A DNA stretch of 25,604 bases. Origin: Octopus sinensis. Taxonomy: Eukaryota. Each line of letters starts with the position of its first letter. Position 1 is the stretch's first letter. The position numbers were made by a program, and so were the translations under genes. Below, one piece after another: positions 10,870 through 20,330 of this stretch. The notes beneath the pieces are model-generated. The model was not told the origin of the DNA. It made no database searches and was given only the letters and a program-made list of their open reading frames with translations. The stretch covers positions 1-25,604 of the forward strand of contig NW_021836030.1 of the NCBI RefSeq assembly GCF_006345805.1, read 5' to 3'.

Positions 10870-11110
10870 GTGAGAGGGAAAGAAGAGGACAAAGAGAGAG
10901 AAGGGGAGATGAGAGTGAGGAGAGAAGAAGAGTGGTAGAGAGGAGAGAAGAGAGAGGCAAGGTGGGGTGAGGAAGAAGGAGAGAAGAGAAGGGAAAGAGA
11001 GAAGAGAGAGGGAGGATGAGAGGAAGAGGAAGATGGGAGAGGGAGAAGGAAGGAAGTGAAGGAAAAGAGATAGGAGAGAGGAGAGTGAGAGAGGCGGAGA
11101 GAGATGAGGC
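10870..11110. repeat. Polypurine (GA/GGA/GAA) low-complexity tract
   Basis: About 240 bp almost entirely A/G on the + strand. Confidence 0.93.
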
Positions 11111-12944
11111 AAGATTACAAATCTAAGATTCCGAATGGTCCCTACATGTTATCTCCCTAGTTATTTATCGACGATGCTGAATGGATTAGAAGCAAAACAG
11201 GGTTTGAAAACAGAGCCGAAACTAAGAGCAAAAGGCATTCTATTCGACACGCAAACAGTTATGTCGATTCTATGTCTACTTGATGACAATAAAAGGACGC
11301 AGGCGTATAGCGAGAATGTTTGCTTCAATCTCACTGCGTAGCAGGTTTTACTATAGCTTGGGCCATACCAAAGTCTTGGTTATAAAACAGAAATAAGTGT
11401 AGAAGATGATCGAGGCCTTGAGTAGCAGGCATCATCTATTGTAATGTTTAACGCCACAATCCAGTTCGTTGGTGCCTTTAGAAGAATCCACTCTGTTTAA
11501 TACCACTAGGTGGTTCTCTGGTTCGTTAGTATCATTCTACTACAAATCTTACAACTACTTCTCCAGTTTGAGAACAACTTTCTCCCTCTTCCTCCCGCCT
11601 TCTTCCCGCCATTTACAAGGATCCTAAATGGAGCATGGATGCTCCTTTTTTTTTATCCCTGACTAAACCGTAGGAAAAGTGATTTGATTGCAGGTTGTTT
11701 TTAAAAGCGTGTGTGCCTTTAATCAAAATCGTCTTTTGACGATCCTAATCCATATGGAACTTCTGAATTGCTACACCAAGATTATAAACTTAATATTCTG
11801 AACTGAAAAAACTTAAGCGTGTTGCATCCCATTCCGCATTTTCTGTGTGCATTTTAGAATACTTTCATTTACTGTTTGGGAACAATCATTTGAATGGCGC
11901 TTCAATCAAGAGCGTTTGAGATTTATATGAAGATGAGGATAATATTGTTGTTAATATTATCAAATTTGTTCCCTCTTTGAGTGGCATTGGTTTGGCAGAA
12001 TAACTGGTGCTTTACTTTCTGTTTTCAAATGGGTCAAACCAAATAGATTGAGTTGAAGACCTTACAAAAGAATAATACGATAGTCTTTCACGCAGCTTCC
12101 GATAAGCTTTCGCACAGTTTCCGTTCACTAACTTTCACTAACAAAACATCACCAAGATAGTAGTTGAAGATAATTACCTACCGTATAGCATGTGCAGTTT
12201 TATCACAGTGGAAACAACTTATTTGCACAGTTAACTTCTTAGCCACGCCACCACATCAACGTAAACTGCTATATTGTCTTCATAAAATTGTATTGCTCTG
12301 TATGAGTTATCCATATCAGCTGTAAATGAAGACAGGCGTTATTTCCAAGAAACAATTTGCAATGGGAAAATGAATGATAATGCACAAGTCTGCCTTCTTT
12401 GTCAAACAGTTGTTTTTATCTTCTATATATTAAATTATTTAGGTTTAGATGCTAGCGATAGCTTTGAATTTAACTTTCACATGAACAGCATCTTCATTTG
12501 TCTTTTACCTTCTCAACACTTATTAAAATAAATCAATGACTAAATACCATGAATAAGTTACTTACTGTTGCACTCTAATCAGTTACTTACACACTTTTTT
12601 TTTTACCTTTTCAATCTCTCACTCTTCTTCAACAGTTGCTGTTGCATCTGCTCCTCAGTGTTGGACCCTTTGTGCGATATACACTCAAGGCAAACCGGGT
12701 TAACTGTCTCTTTTCTTTTTCTCACCCTTGATATGCCACCACCCTCAAGCACGAATCAAACACAACTATCTAATCTTTCCTCTCAAGAATGTCATTTTGA
12801 GGGAATATCTTCCCTGACCATGTTGTAGCTGCAACCGTCAAATTCCTACTATTGGTAAGCCTCTTAATTAGCAACAACACTGATATCTCTGTCTTGAAGT
12901 GACTGACAACAGTATGGCACCAGAATATTACCGGTATTTAGACC

Positions 12945-13012
12945 CTCACACACATTCACACTCACACACACAAGCAAACACACACACACACACACGCGCA
13001 CGCATGCACACA
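12945..13012. repeat. (CA)n microsatellite
   Basis: Direct inspection. Confidence 0.85.
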
Positions 13013-13084
13013 GGCAACTAATTACTAGATGACGCTCGTCACAGCCGCTTGTCAAAATGCGAAACATAAACCTAAATTTTATTA

Positions 13085-13480
13085 GTGATCCGCAGTAATC
13101 GATATCTAACAGCTAATGAACCGCTGTAACAGAATCAGTGAACCACGGAACTATTCTATATTGATACACAGAACTGCAGTAGTCGATATACATTAACCAA
13201 TGATCCAATCTAATCGATATACAATAACCACTGGTCCACTCAATCAATATACAATAACCACTGAACTGCTGTAATCAATATACAATTGAGCCAATGTAAT
13301 CGATATGCAATAACCAGTAAACCACAGTAATCAATATACTGTAACTACTGATCCACAGTAATCGATGTACAGTCTTCACCGATCCATTGTAATCGATACA
13401 CAAATAAATCGTCAATAGCTGTAATCAATATACAGCAACCTGTAAACAACTCGTATCAATGTACGGTAAGAACTGAATTA
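13085..13480. repeat. Degenerate minisatellite, unit about 31 bp (GTAATCGATATACAATAACCACTGATCCACA-like), roughly a dozen copies
   Basis: Recurrent GTAATC(G/A)ATATACA core at about 30-32 bp spacing. Confidence 0.85.
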
Positions 13481-14272
13481 CTGCATGCCTTATTAGTACA
13501 CTAATTATTTTCATTAAAGAAGAAAACTATAGGAATTTTATGAAAACATAAAAGTATATAAAAAAGGTTAATAATTATATCACTAATGATTCGCTCTTGG
13601 TGATCTTTTTTTTAACCAAGTCGGTTACACTTGGCAACTGAAAAATGATCCTTTGACACTCTGATAGTGTAAATTCAAACAATTGATACACTTAAGTATC
13701 CTCTGTCTGGTGGCTCATCATCTACAGTTTATTTCTCTTTAGAAATGTACAAAGGTATCTAAGACAATTTTCGCTAAGTTTATGATTAGAAAGCCGAAGA
13801 TTTAGATGGGAAATATTTCTTCCTTCTACTCACATTGAACAGTAAATATGATTGAACTATAAAACTATTTTTGACACATCTCAAAGTACAATAAACTTTA
13901 TATTTTTAAGGTAAACAAATTAAGGAGTAAAACACAGAAGGAGGAATTATCTCCTCTAAAAATATCGTCCATTAATTGAAATAGTTTTAGTTGGAGAAAC
14001 AAAAACGATAATTGTTAAGAACTCCCGCCGCAAAGGGAGATAATTTGAAGAAATTGTGAATTCATTTCACAAAATGAATTTAAAGGCTACGGGAAAAATC
14101 TATTACATTCCTAATTTGTTTTTAAATTATTACCTTTGGAAAATTCTTTTATGTAAACTACCATCCTATTCTAACATTAAAAATAAAAACTCCTTAGTCT
14201 GCTTTAGTCAATTAAAGCTTTGTTATTGCTTGCCTTTGGTTTCAATAGAGTAAAGCAATATATATATAGCAA

Positions 14273-14345
14273 TGGGCTTCTTTCAGCTTCTGTCTACCAA
14301 TTCCGCTGACAAGTGTTTGGTCGGCCCGAGGCTATAGTAGAAGAA
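14273..14345 (-). mobile_element. SINE family B fragment
   Basis: GGGCTTCTTTCAGCTTCTGTCTACCAA...TTTGGTCGGCCCGAGGCTATAGTAGAAGA matches the reverse complement of 22465-22540. Confidence 0.85.
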
Positions 14346-14449
14346 AAGTTTTTAAAAATAATATTTGCGCAGTATTCAAATACAAGTGGCATTTTCCTTG
14401 TTTCTGTCTATCTCTGTCTCTCTTGTTTACTCTTGTGGGTTCGAGGTCG

Positions 14450-14520
<71 letters not shown>
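14450..14520. repeat. (TA)n microsatellite
   Basis: Direct inspection. Confidence 0.97.
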
Positions 14521-14521
<1 letters not shown>

Positions 14522-15979
14522 ATGAAACTGAAGGTAATCGGTTATATATGTTTACACTATATATATGTTATAAGTAATAATAATCAGTCAATATTTCGGC
14601 GGCGAAATTGTAGTAATGATAATGAAGTACAATTCAATAGGCTTGCACCTAGACTATCTAGTTATATATAGCATCATGAAGAAATATCATCTAGTTATAT
14701 ATGCATATTCTACAGTTGACATTAAACAGCTGAACATCATTAGCCTGAAGAGCTCATTTCAAATACTTTCAACTGATCGAAGTCCCAGCGTTGAAACTGA
14801 ATCTTTGGTATCGCGGATGTTGGCACACCTTTGATGCAAGTCTGATAAAGTGCTTCTCTAACGTCTAAAACCGCAAACATTTCATAAATTTTCATTTCGA
14901 ATCTTTGCGTAAACAGGTGTTGGAAATAGAATCGGTACAGAAGCAATTGTAATGAATCATTAAAGATGTGTTACAGTATTTTCCTTGATTTCTTCTTTTT
15001 ATTTGGTGGGGGTGGGGTGGTGCTGAAACGTTCCTGGCTTTGTGTAAAAGAAACTAGAGGAAGATCAGTTAATTATCATTTAATTCAACTTATTTCTCTC
15101 TCAGATTCACACATTGCAGTGATCCTTCAGTTTTTCTAAGCCTTGTGAAAGAAGTAGGAAGATTGGGCCTCCAACGAGTCTTTTCACGATACTCTTAAAG
15201 CCATAAGCTTTACAGCACCTACCCGTATATATGTGATGGCTAACAACTCGTTTGATGAGTAAGACTATGGCTGACTAAATAAAGTGCGTCACAGATTTAC
15301 ATTTTATGAGAAAGACGATGGCTTTTAAATCTTACAAGCGATTCACAGAACTTGTTACAAATTCAACATTCATACAAATTCTTCTGACTTCTTGGTTATT
15401 CCGGATCATTCTGATGATTTCTCTGTTTATTTCCTATGCACCCTCACATGTATATATTCAAAGTAGAAAGCCAGGAGTTGTGAGAGGCGAAAAGAAATAA
15501 CCACATGACTCATATGATTACAGCCGTTTCGCAACCCGCTTCAAATATTCTCCCAGTCTGTAGAAATGCCTAGTCTGTAAAAAGATTCACTGATTACTTC
15601 ATTTCATGCCTGAAACTTAACCTAGAGATTCCAGAAAAAGAAAACCATAAAATTATAATTACCAGACTTAAAAATTAAATCTTAGGGGTCGTTATGACCT
15701 GTGAAATCGTTGAAGGCGGTGCCCCAAAATATCTATAGTCCAATGACTGAAATAAATAAAAGCGTTATGCTGTGATAAAAGTTTTCCCTGGTTCAAAATT
15801 CTAACAGTAGGGGATGATGATGTAAACTATTAAGATCACAGAGAGAGGAAATACGATATGAGGCTTGAATTTCACACAGAACACTACTAGCTGATATGTT
15901 TCTAGTCTTTTAATTGAATGAGAGGAAACCATTTTAGGGCAAGTAAATGTTTTGAAATATAACATGATATAATAGCCGT

Positions 15980-16078
15980 ACGCACGCACGCACGCACACA
16001 CACACTCATGCACATGCGCACGCACATAGACATACACACATACATACATAGATATATATATGAGCATACAAATATATA
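15980..16078. repeat. Compound (GCAC)n/(CA)n/(CATA)n/(TA)n microsatellite
   Basis: Direct inspection. Confidence 0.85.
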
Positions 16079-16605
16079 GTCGGTTACAAAAGTAGGTGTG
16101 TACTTTGCAGGAAAAGGAGATCTTCGTCGTTCAAGGATGAAGAATTAGTTATACGGCATACTGAATTACCTTCTCCTAAACTTGAAAGTGGTTGACTATT
16201 CCTTAAACACGTGTAACTTAAGGTAATTCGTGAGGAGATTCAACGTGACACGGCGTGTGAGAAGTCTGTACTCTTTTTAATTACGTTCATATATACATAC
16301 ATTCAATCACACATGCGTTCATACAGGTACACGCTCACGCACACACATATATGCATATATATATATATATATATAATTGATGCACTTGTCGTGAACGACA
16401 AACGACGGTTCAGTAAAATGAAGCGTTAATAGTGTTCTGTGAACAGAAATATGTCTCTTTCGGCAAATGGAACAAGTTGAGCATTCAGTTTGCTGAGTGC
16501 TTGCAGATCATTTCCTATGTGTTCTGTTAAGTAGATGGCAAGACCGAAACAAAAAATTATAGTTTATGCGTCTCGAATCAAACCGATAGAAATCTCTAAA
16601 AAATT

Positions 16606-16676
16606 CGTTATTACCGTATTGGTCCAATTTCGGGGTTAATTCATAAGAAATTTCCCCATCTTCAGCGGCAAATACG
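16606..16676 (-). ncRNA. Type I hammerhead ribozyme (left copy)
   Basis: Minus strand: CGUAUUUGCCG-CUGAAGA-U-GGGG(AAAUUUCUUAUGAAUUAA)CCCC-GAAA-UUGGACCAAU-A/CGGUAAUAACG. Stem I UUGCCG/CGGUAA plus CGU/ACG beyond a 2x2 loop; stem II GGGG/CCCC; stem III AUUG/CAAU; predicted cleavage after AUA between 16617 and 16616; extra U after A9. Confidence 0.85.
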
Positions 16677-17184
16677 CCAGATATAAATGAAATACTTACT
16701 CATACCCATGGAAAAAGCAAGCACTAAGCCCCAAATATATCCAAAATAGAAAAATCTTCGGCGCACCTCGAGACACGTTTGATTCGAACTAGAAACTTTC
16801 ACAGAGTGATAGAATCCGGAAGTGAACAGTAATCTATTTATTATTAATATAGGATAAAATTTTTTTCGGGAAAAAATTTTTATCAATGGCCAGCATATCA
16901 AAAAATGCGTTTAAAGGTAAACTTTATACATAATTTACAAGATAAGGGCAGAAGAAAAATTCTGATGCCAAATATGCCGAAACAAAAAATCTTATCCTAT
17001 ATTAATTATAAATAGATTAGTGTTCACTTCCGGATTCTATCACCCTGTGAAAGTTTCTAGTTCGAATCACACGTGTCTCGAGGTGCGCCGAATATTTTTC
17101 CATTTTGGATATATTTGGGGTACTTAAATCTGCTCAGGGCTTGCTTTTTCCATGGGTATGAGTAAGTATTTCATTTATATCTCG

Positions 17185-17255
17185 CGTATATGCCGCTGAA
17201 GAGGGGGAAATTTCTTATGAATTAACCCCGAAATTGGACCAATACGGTAATAACG
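17185..17255 (+). ncRNA. Type I hammerhead ribozyme (right copy)
   Basis: Core CUGAAGA 17196-17202; stem II G-run 17203-17207 with CCCC 17226-17229; GAAA 17230-17233; stem III AUUG(GAC)CAAU 17233-17243; cleavage triplet AUA 17242-17244; stem I UGCCG 17191-17195 with CGGUA 17245-17249, extended by CGU/ACG. All canonical core nucleotides are present. Confidence 0.9.
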
Positions 17256-17427
17256 AATTTTTTAGAGATTTCTATCGGTTTGTTTCGAGACGCATAAATT
17301 ATAATGGTCATCAACAATTCTGCCCTTATCTTGTAAATTATGTATAAATTTTACCTTTAAAGGCATTTTTGATATGCTGGCCATTGATAAAATGTTTTTC
17401 CCGAAAGAAATTTTATCCTGTATTAAT

Positions 17428-18039
17428 TATATATATATATATAAAACTCAACTTGTGTGTCTGTGTGTGTATCTGTCTGTGTGTCTGTGTGTTTAACTTC
17501 CCCAGCACATCTCCTCCTAGCTATTAAATGGTAGAACCACCAAAAATGGGTCACTTAAAGTTTAGACGAATGAAAATTGAACTGCGCTATTTCTGTTCCG
17601 AAATTCTTCTCGCAAGTGCAAAAATCGATAATGTGTTTGTTTAGGCCTTATCCCATGCATTGAATAATGAACTTTACTCAGTCAGCTGTTTGACGTGAAC
17701 TGTGTTCACCACGCGTGCAAGCATGCGTAAATTGCATGAAAAATATTAAAAAAAAAAAGATGTAAAAACGAATCGCCGTAAACATTGTAGAAATTCGGCA
17801 AAGAAATGAATTTTCGGGATGTAGCCAGAAGGGTTTCTTCGTATTAATCGTTTGGACTTTGTGAACACATACCAATTGTTTTCATAACATTTTTAACACT
17901 TTGAATTAAATGTGACCATTTTGCGTTGAGTCTGCAGTTTGAATCAATTTAACCAAATTTTAGCAGGCCGGATTTTTGATCATCACGATACATCGCCAGC
18001 GACTCCCTGAAACTCTCCCATGAAATCCTTGTTGAGAAA
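17428..18039 (+). mobile_element. Non-autonomous Helitron-like segment H1 (5' head plus interior, no 3' terminus)
   Basis: Head TATATATAAAACTCAACTTGTGTGTCTGTGTG... is nearly identical over about 60 bp to 18042-18105; same TATATAAA plus GT/GTCT microsatellite layout as H3; no hairpin-CTAG end. Confidence 0.55.
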
Positions 18040-18105
18040 TCTATATTTATAAAACTCAACTTGTGTGTCTGTGTGTGTATCTGTGTGTGTGTCGTGTGTT
18101 TAACT
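18040..18105 (+). mobile_element. Helitron-like 5' head H2 (truncated)
   Basis: A|TCTATATTTATAAAACTCAACTTGTGTGTCTGTG..., a direct repeat of the H1 head 608 bp upstream. Confidence 0.6.
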
Positions 18106-18156
18106 TTTGGATCTACCAAGTTTCATTATTAAGGATGGAAAGTAGTGTGTAGCAAA

Positions 18157-18555
18157 TCTATATATATAAAGCTGAAGTTGTCTGTGTGTAGCAGGTTTGG
18201 TAGCCTTCAACTAACACTATCTCCTTCGAGACCCTGCAGCGCAAGTTGACCAAAATCGAGAGTATGATAGAAGAAGGTTTGCTCTTCATTCTGTTGAAGA
18301 TAAAATTCAAATCGGATCATGTTAATACCAAAAATTATTTACATCAAAAAGGTGCTTTTTTCTATGAAAATCCCTATTTTTTACGATTTTTGACTGGTGT
18401 GTCACCATTTTTCGGTGTATTTCAACTGGTAAAATGTTCACTTGAAGAGAATAACAAGTTGCATAATGCAAAATTTTTACTTTTCAAAAATTCCAATTCT
18501 AAAAGGTCGAAACAAACCCAAGCAACACCGGGTGCAACACCGGGTGATACTGCTA

Positions 18556-18556
<1 letters not shown>
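18157..18556 (+). mobile_element. Non-autonomous Helitron H3, 400 bp, both termini present
   Basis: 5' A|TCTATATATATAAAGCTGAAG; 3' GC-rich GCAACACCGGGT x2 then GATACTGCTAG|T; inserted between A and T with no TSD. Confidence 0.85.

Positions 18557-18590
<34 letters not shown>
18557..18590. repeat. (TA)n microsatellite
   Basis: Direct inspection; further (TA)n runs at 18708-18738 and 18766-18800. Confidence 0.95.
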
Positions 18591-18594
<4 letters not shown>

Positions 18595-18702
18595 GATGAG
18601 TGTATTTTACCTTGTTAACAATTAACACGGAAAAAAAAAATTTGGGAAACGTGTCGAAAGTAAAAATATTTTATTACACCTGCGTTAAACTCCATTTATT
18701 TA

Positions 18703-18743
<41 letters not shown>

Positions 18744-18767
18744 ATTGTATCGCATTAATCTTTGTTT

Positions 18768-18799
<32 letters not shown>

Positions 18800-18800
<1 letters not shown>

Positions 18801-18970
18801 CGATGGGCTTCTTTCAGTTTCCGTCTTCTTTCAGTTTTCTTTCAGCTTTGGTCGGCCCGAGGCTATAGTAGAAGACACCCGCCGAAGGTGCCACGCAGTG
18901 GGACTCAACCCGGACCGATGTGGTTTGTAAGCAAGCCGCTTACCACACAGTCACTCCCAAGCCTGCATAT
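18800..18970 (-). mobile_element. SINE family B, 5' half
   Basis: Reverse complement of the head of 22370-22545; internal CTTCTTTCAG slippage duplications replace part of the body. Confidence 0.88.
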
Positions 18971-19074
18971 ATAAAATTAGAACTACGATGGTCCCGCTTG
19001 CACCGATCAGCTGAACACCCTGCTTGTAAATTTAAAGTGCAAGCAGTCGAGAACTCTATAGACATGCGTACCCA

Positions 19075-19274
19075 TAAGAGATTCTGCGTGACAAGGAATG
19101 GGACAGGTCTGGCCCTTTGAAATGCAGGTACCACACTGTTTTTTGCCAGCTGATTGAACTGGATAACGTGAAATAGAGTATCTTGCTCAAGGACACAAAA
19201 CGCCGCCTGGAATCGATCTGACGACTTTACTATCGTGAGCCGGATACCCTAACCACTAAACCACGCTCATTCAC
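19075..19274 (-). mobile_element. tRNA-derived SINE family C
   Basis: Minus strand: GCGTGGTTTAGTGGTTAGGG (A-box), GATCGATTCCAGGC (B-box-like), then GTGTCCTTGAGCAAG, the start motif of conserved central SINE domains. Confidence 0.82.
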
Positions 19275-19329
19275 AAACACACACACACAACGCACACACG
19301 CACACATGTATGTAGAAGACTTTGCGCAC

Positions 19330-19900
19330 TGGAAAGTATGCCAACTGTTTACGTCGGCAGATGATTCGATTAAGTGAGGAATTGAAATTTGCTTTGATAT
19401 GTTTGGTATGAACCCAATGAAGACACGTAATCTTCGGAACTGGTGACAGAGAATGATAAGCTGGTGTTTTTTTTTTGGGGGGGGGGGTGATCCTCAAACA
19501 AAAATTCAGACCATGAAATGGCGTCACACTTCTTCTCCAAGGCCTACGACATTCAAGATCTAGCGGTCGATACAGAAAGTCACGGTGATTGCTTTAGCGG
19601 TTAACAAGTACGTCTTTCTCCTCGATTTTCTGGAGTGTGGCTGTACCGTGATCAGTGAAAGGTACCTCAAAAAGCTTAGAGAAATCATTACGAAAAGCCA
19701 GAACAGGAATTTCAGAACGATCCGCATTCAATGTGACTGTGTAGGTGTGACACATTCTTGGCAACAAATAGAGCAATCGGCAAATTGAGTTGATTATTGA
19801 TCTTCCAACCATCGAACAATCTCGATTTTGTACCTTCCGTCTGCCACGTATTCTTCCCAGTGAAAGTCAGTATTTAGGAGACAACGATTTGATTATACAA
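19330..19900 (+). mobile_element. Mariner (DD34D) transposase relic
   Basis: TGD (19445-19447)..SW, DPQTKIQTMKWRHTSSPRP, KVTV, LLDFLECGCTVISERY, xD (19735-19737), QPSNNLDFVPSVCHVF (homologous to HPPYSPDLAPSDFHLF). D2 to the third catalytic position is 104 nt versus 105 for DD34D; stops and frameshifts; no TIRs found. Confidence 0.85.
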
Positions 19901-20159
19901 GCGAAGTAAAAATAGATGTACACAAATAGGTACGACAGAGTACAACTGAATTTTTCCAAGAAGATTTGAGTTCACCAATGGTATAAATGCATAGATTATG
20001 ATGCAGATTATGTTGAGTAATGTTTTTGTGTAGATGAATATATACTCTACCATCATGTGCAATTTGAACAACCTATGTGATTTAATCAAAATGTCATACC
20101 CACTTTTCCATTTTTCCGGTATAACCCGCGTGTATACGCGTGTATAAACACACAATCAC

Positions 20160-20330
<171 letters not shown>

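Larger units (their letters stand above)
16544..17430. mobile_element. Retrozyme-like hammerhead element: two head-to-head, circularly permuted copies of a ~430-bp unit
   Basis: 16556-16870 is the reverse complement of 16981-17305; about 16841-16953 is the reverse complement of 17318-17430. Direct repeat CCGAAACAAAAAAT at 16544 and 16977 (period 433); TTATCCT(A/G)TA at 16992 and 17413 (period 421). One hammerhead per copy. Confidence 0.75.

Noticed and set aside
12060-12330. Minus-strand GNCAKAYRKLRERL (HTH-like) and a short ADMDNSYRAIQFYED... frame after a TTTACAG acceptor
   Set aside because: Too short, interrupted by stops and without supporting downstream transposase or gene motifs.
14740-14946. 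68-aa minus-strand ORF, and a CTGAAGAG motif on + at about 14744
   Set aside because: No recognisable domain; no stems II/III or correctly placed GAAA for a hammerhead.
15411-15500. CTGATGA followed by GAAA motifs
   Set aside because: No G10.1-C11.1 closing pair, no stem III ending in UH and no stem I; chance match.
16848-17001. 154-bp segment with ~25-bp terminal inverted repeats and TA ends, read at first as a MITE
   Set aside because: Its right TIR is better explained as the microhomology junction between two permuted copies of the larger unit; the interior recurs inverted at 17318-17430 and the flanks are themselves inverted copies. Not fully excluded.
17013-17068. Pol III A-box-like TAGATTAGTGT and a B-box match GTTCGAATC upstream of the + hammerhead (mirrored at 16781-16789)
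   Set aside because: The A-box has two mismatches, and T4-T5 runs at about 17095-17145 would terminate Pol III before the ribozyme; worth rechecking against a family consensus.
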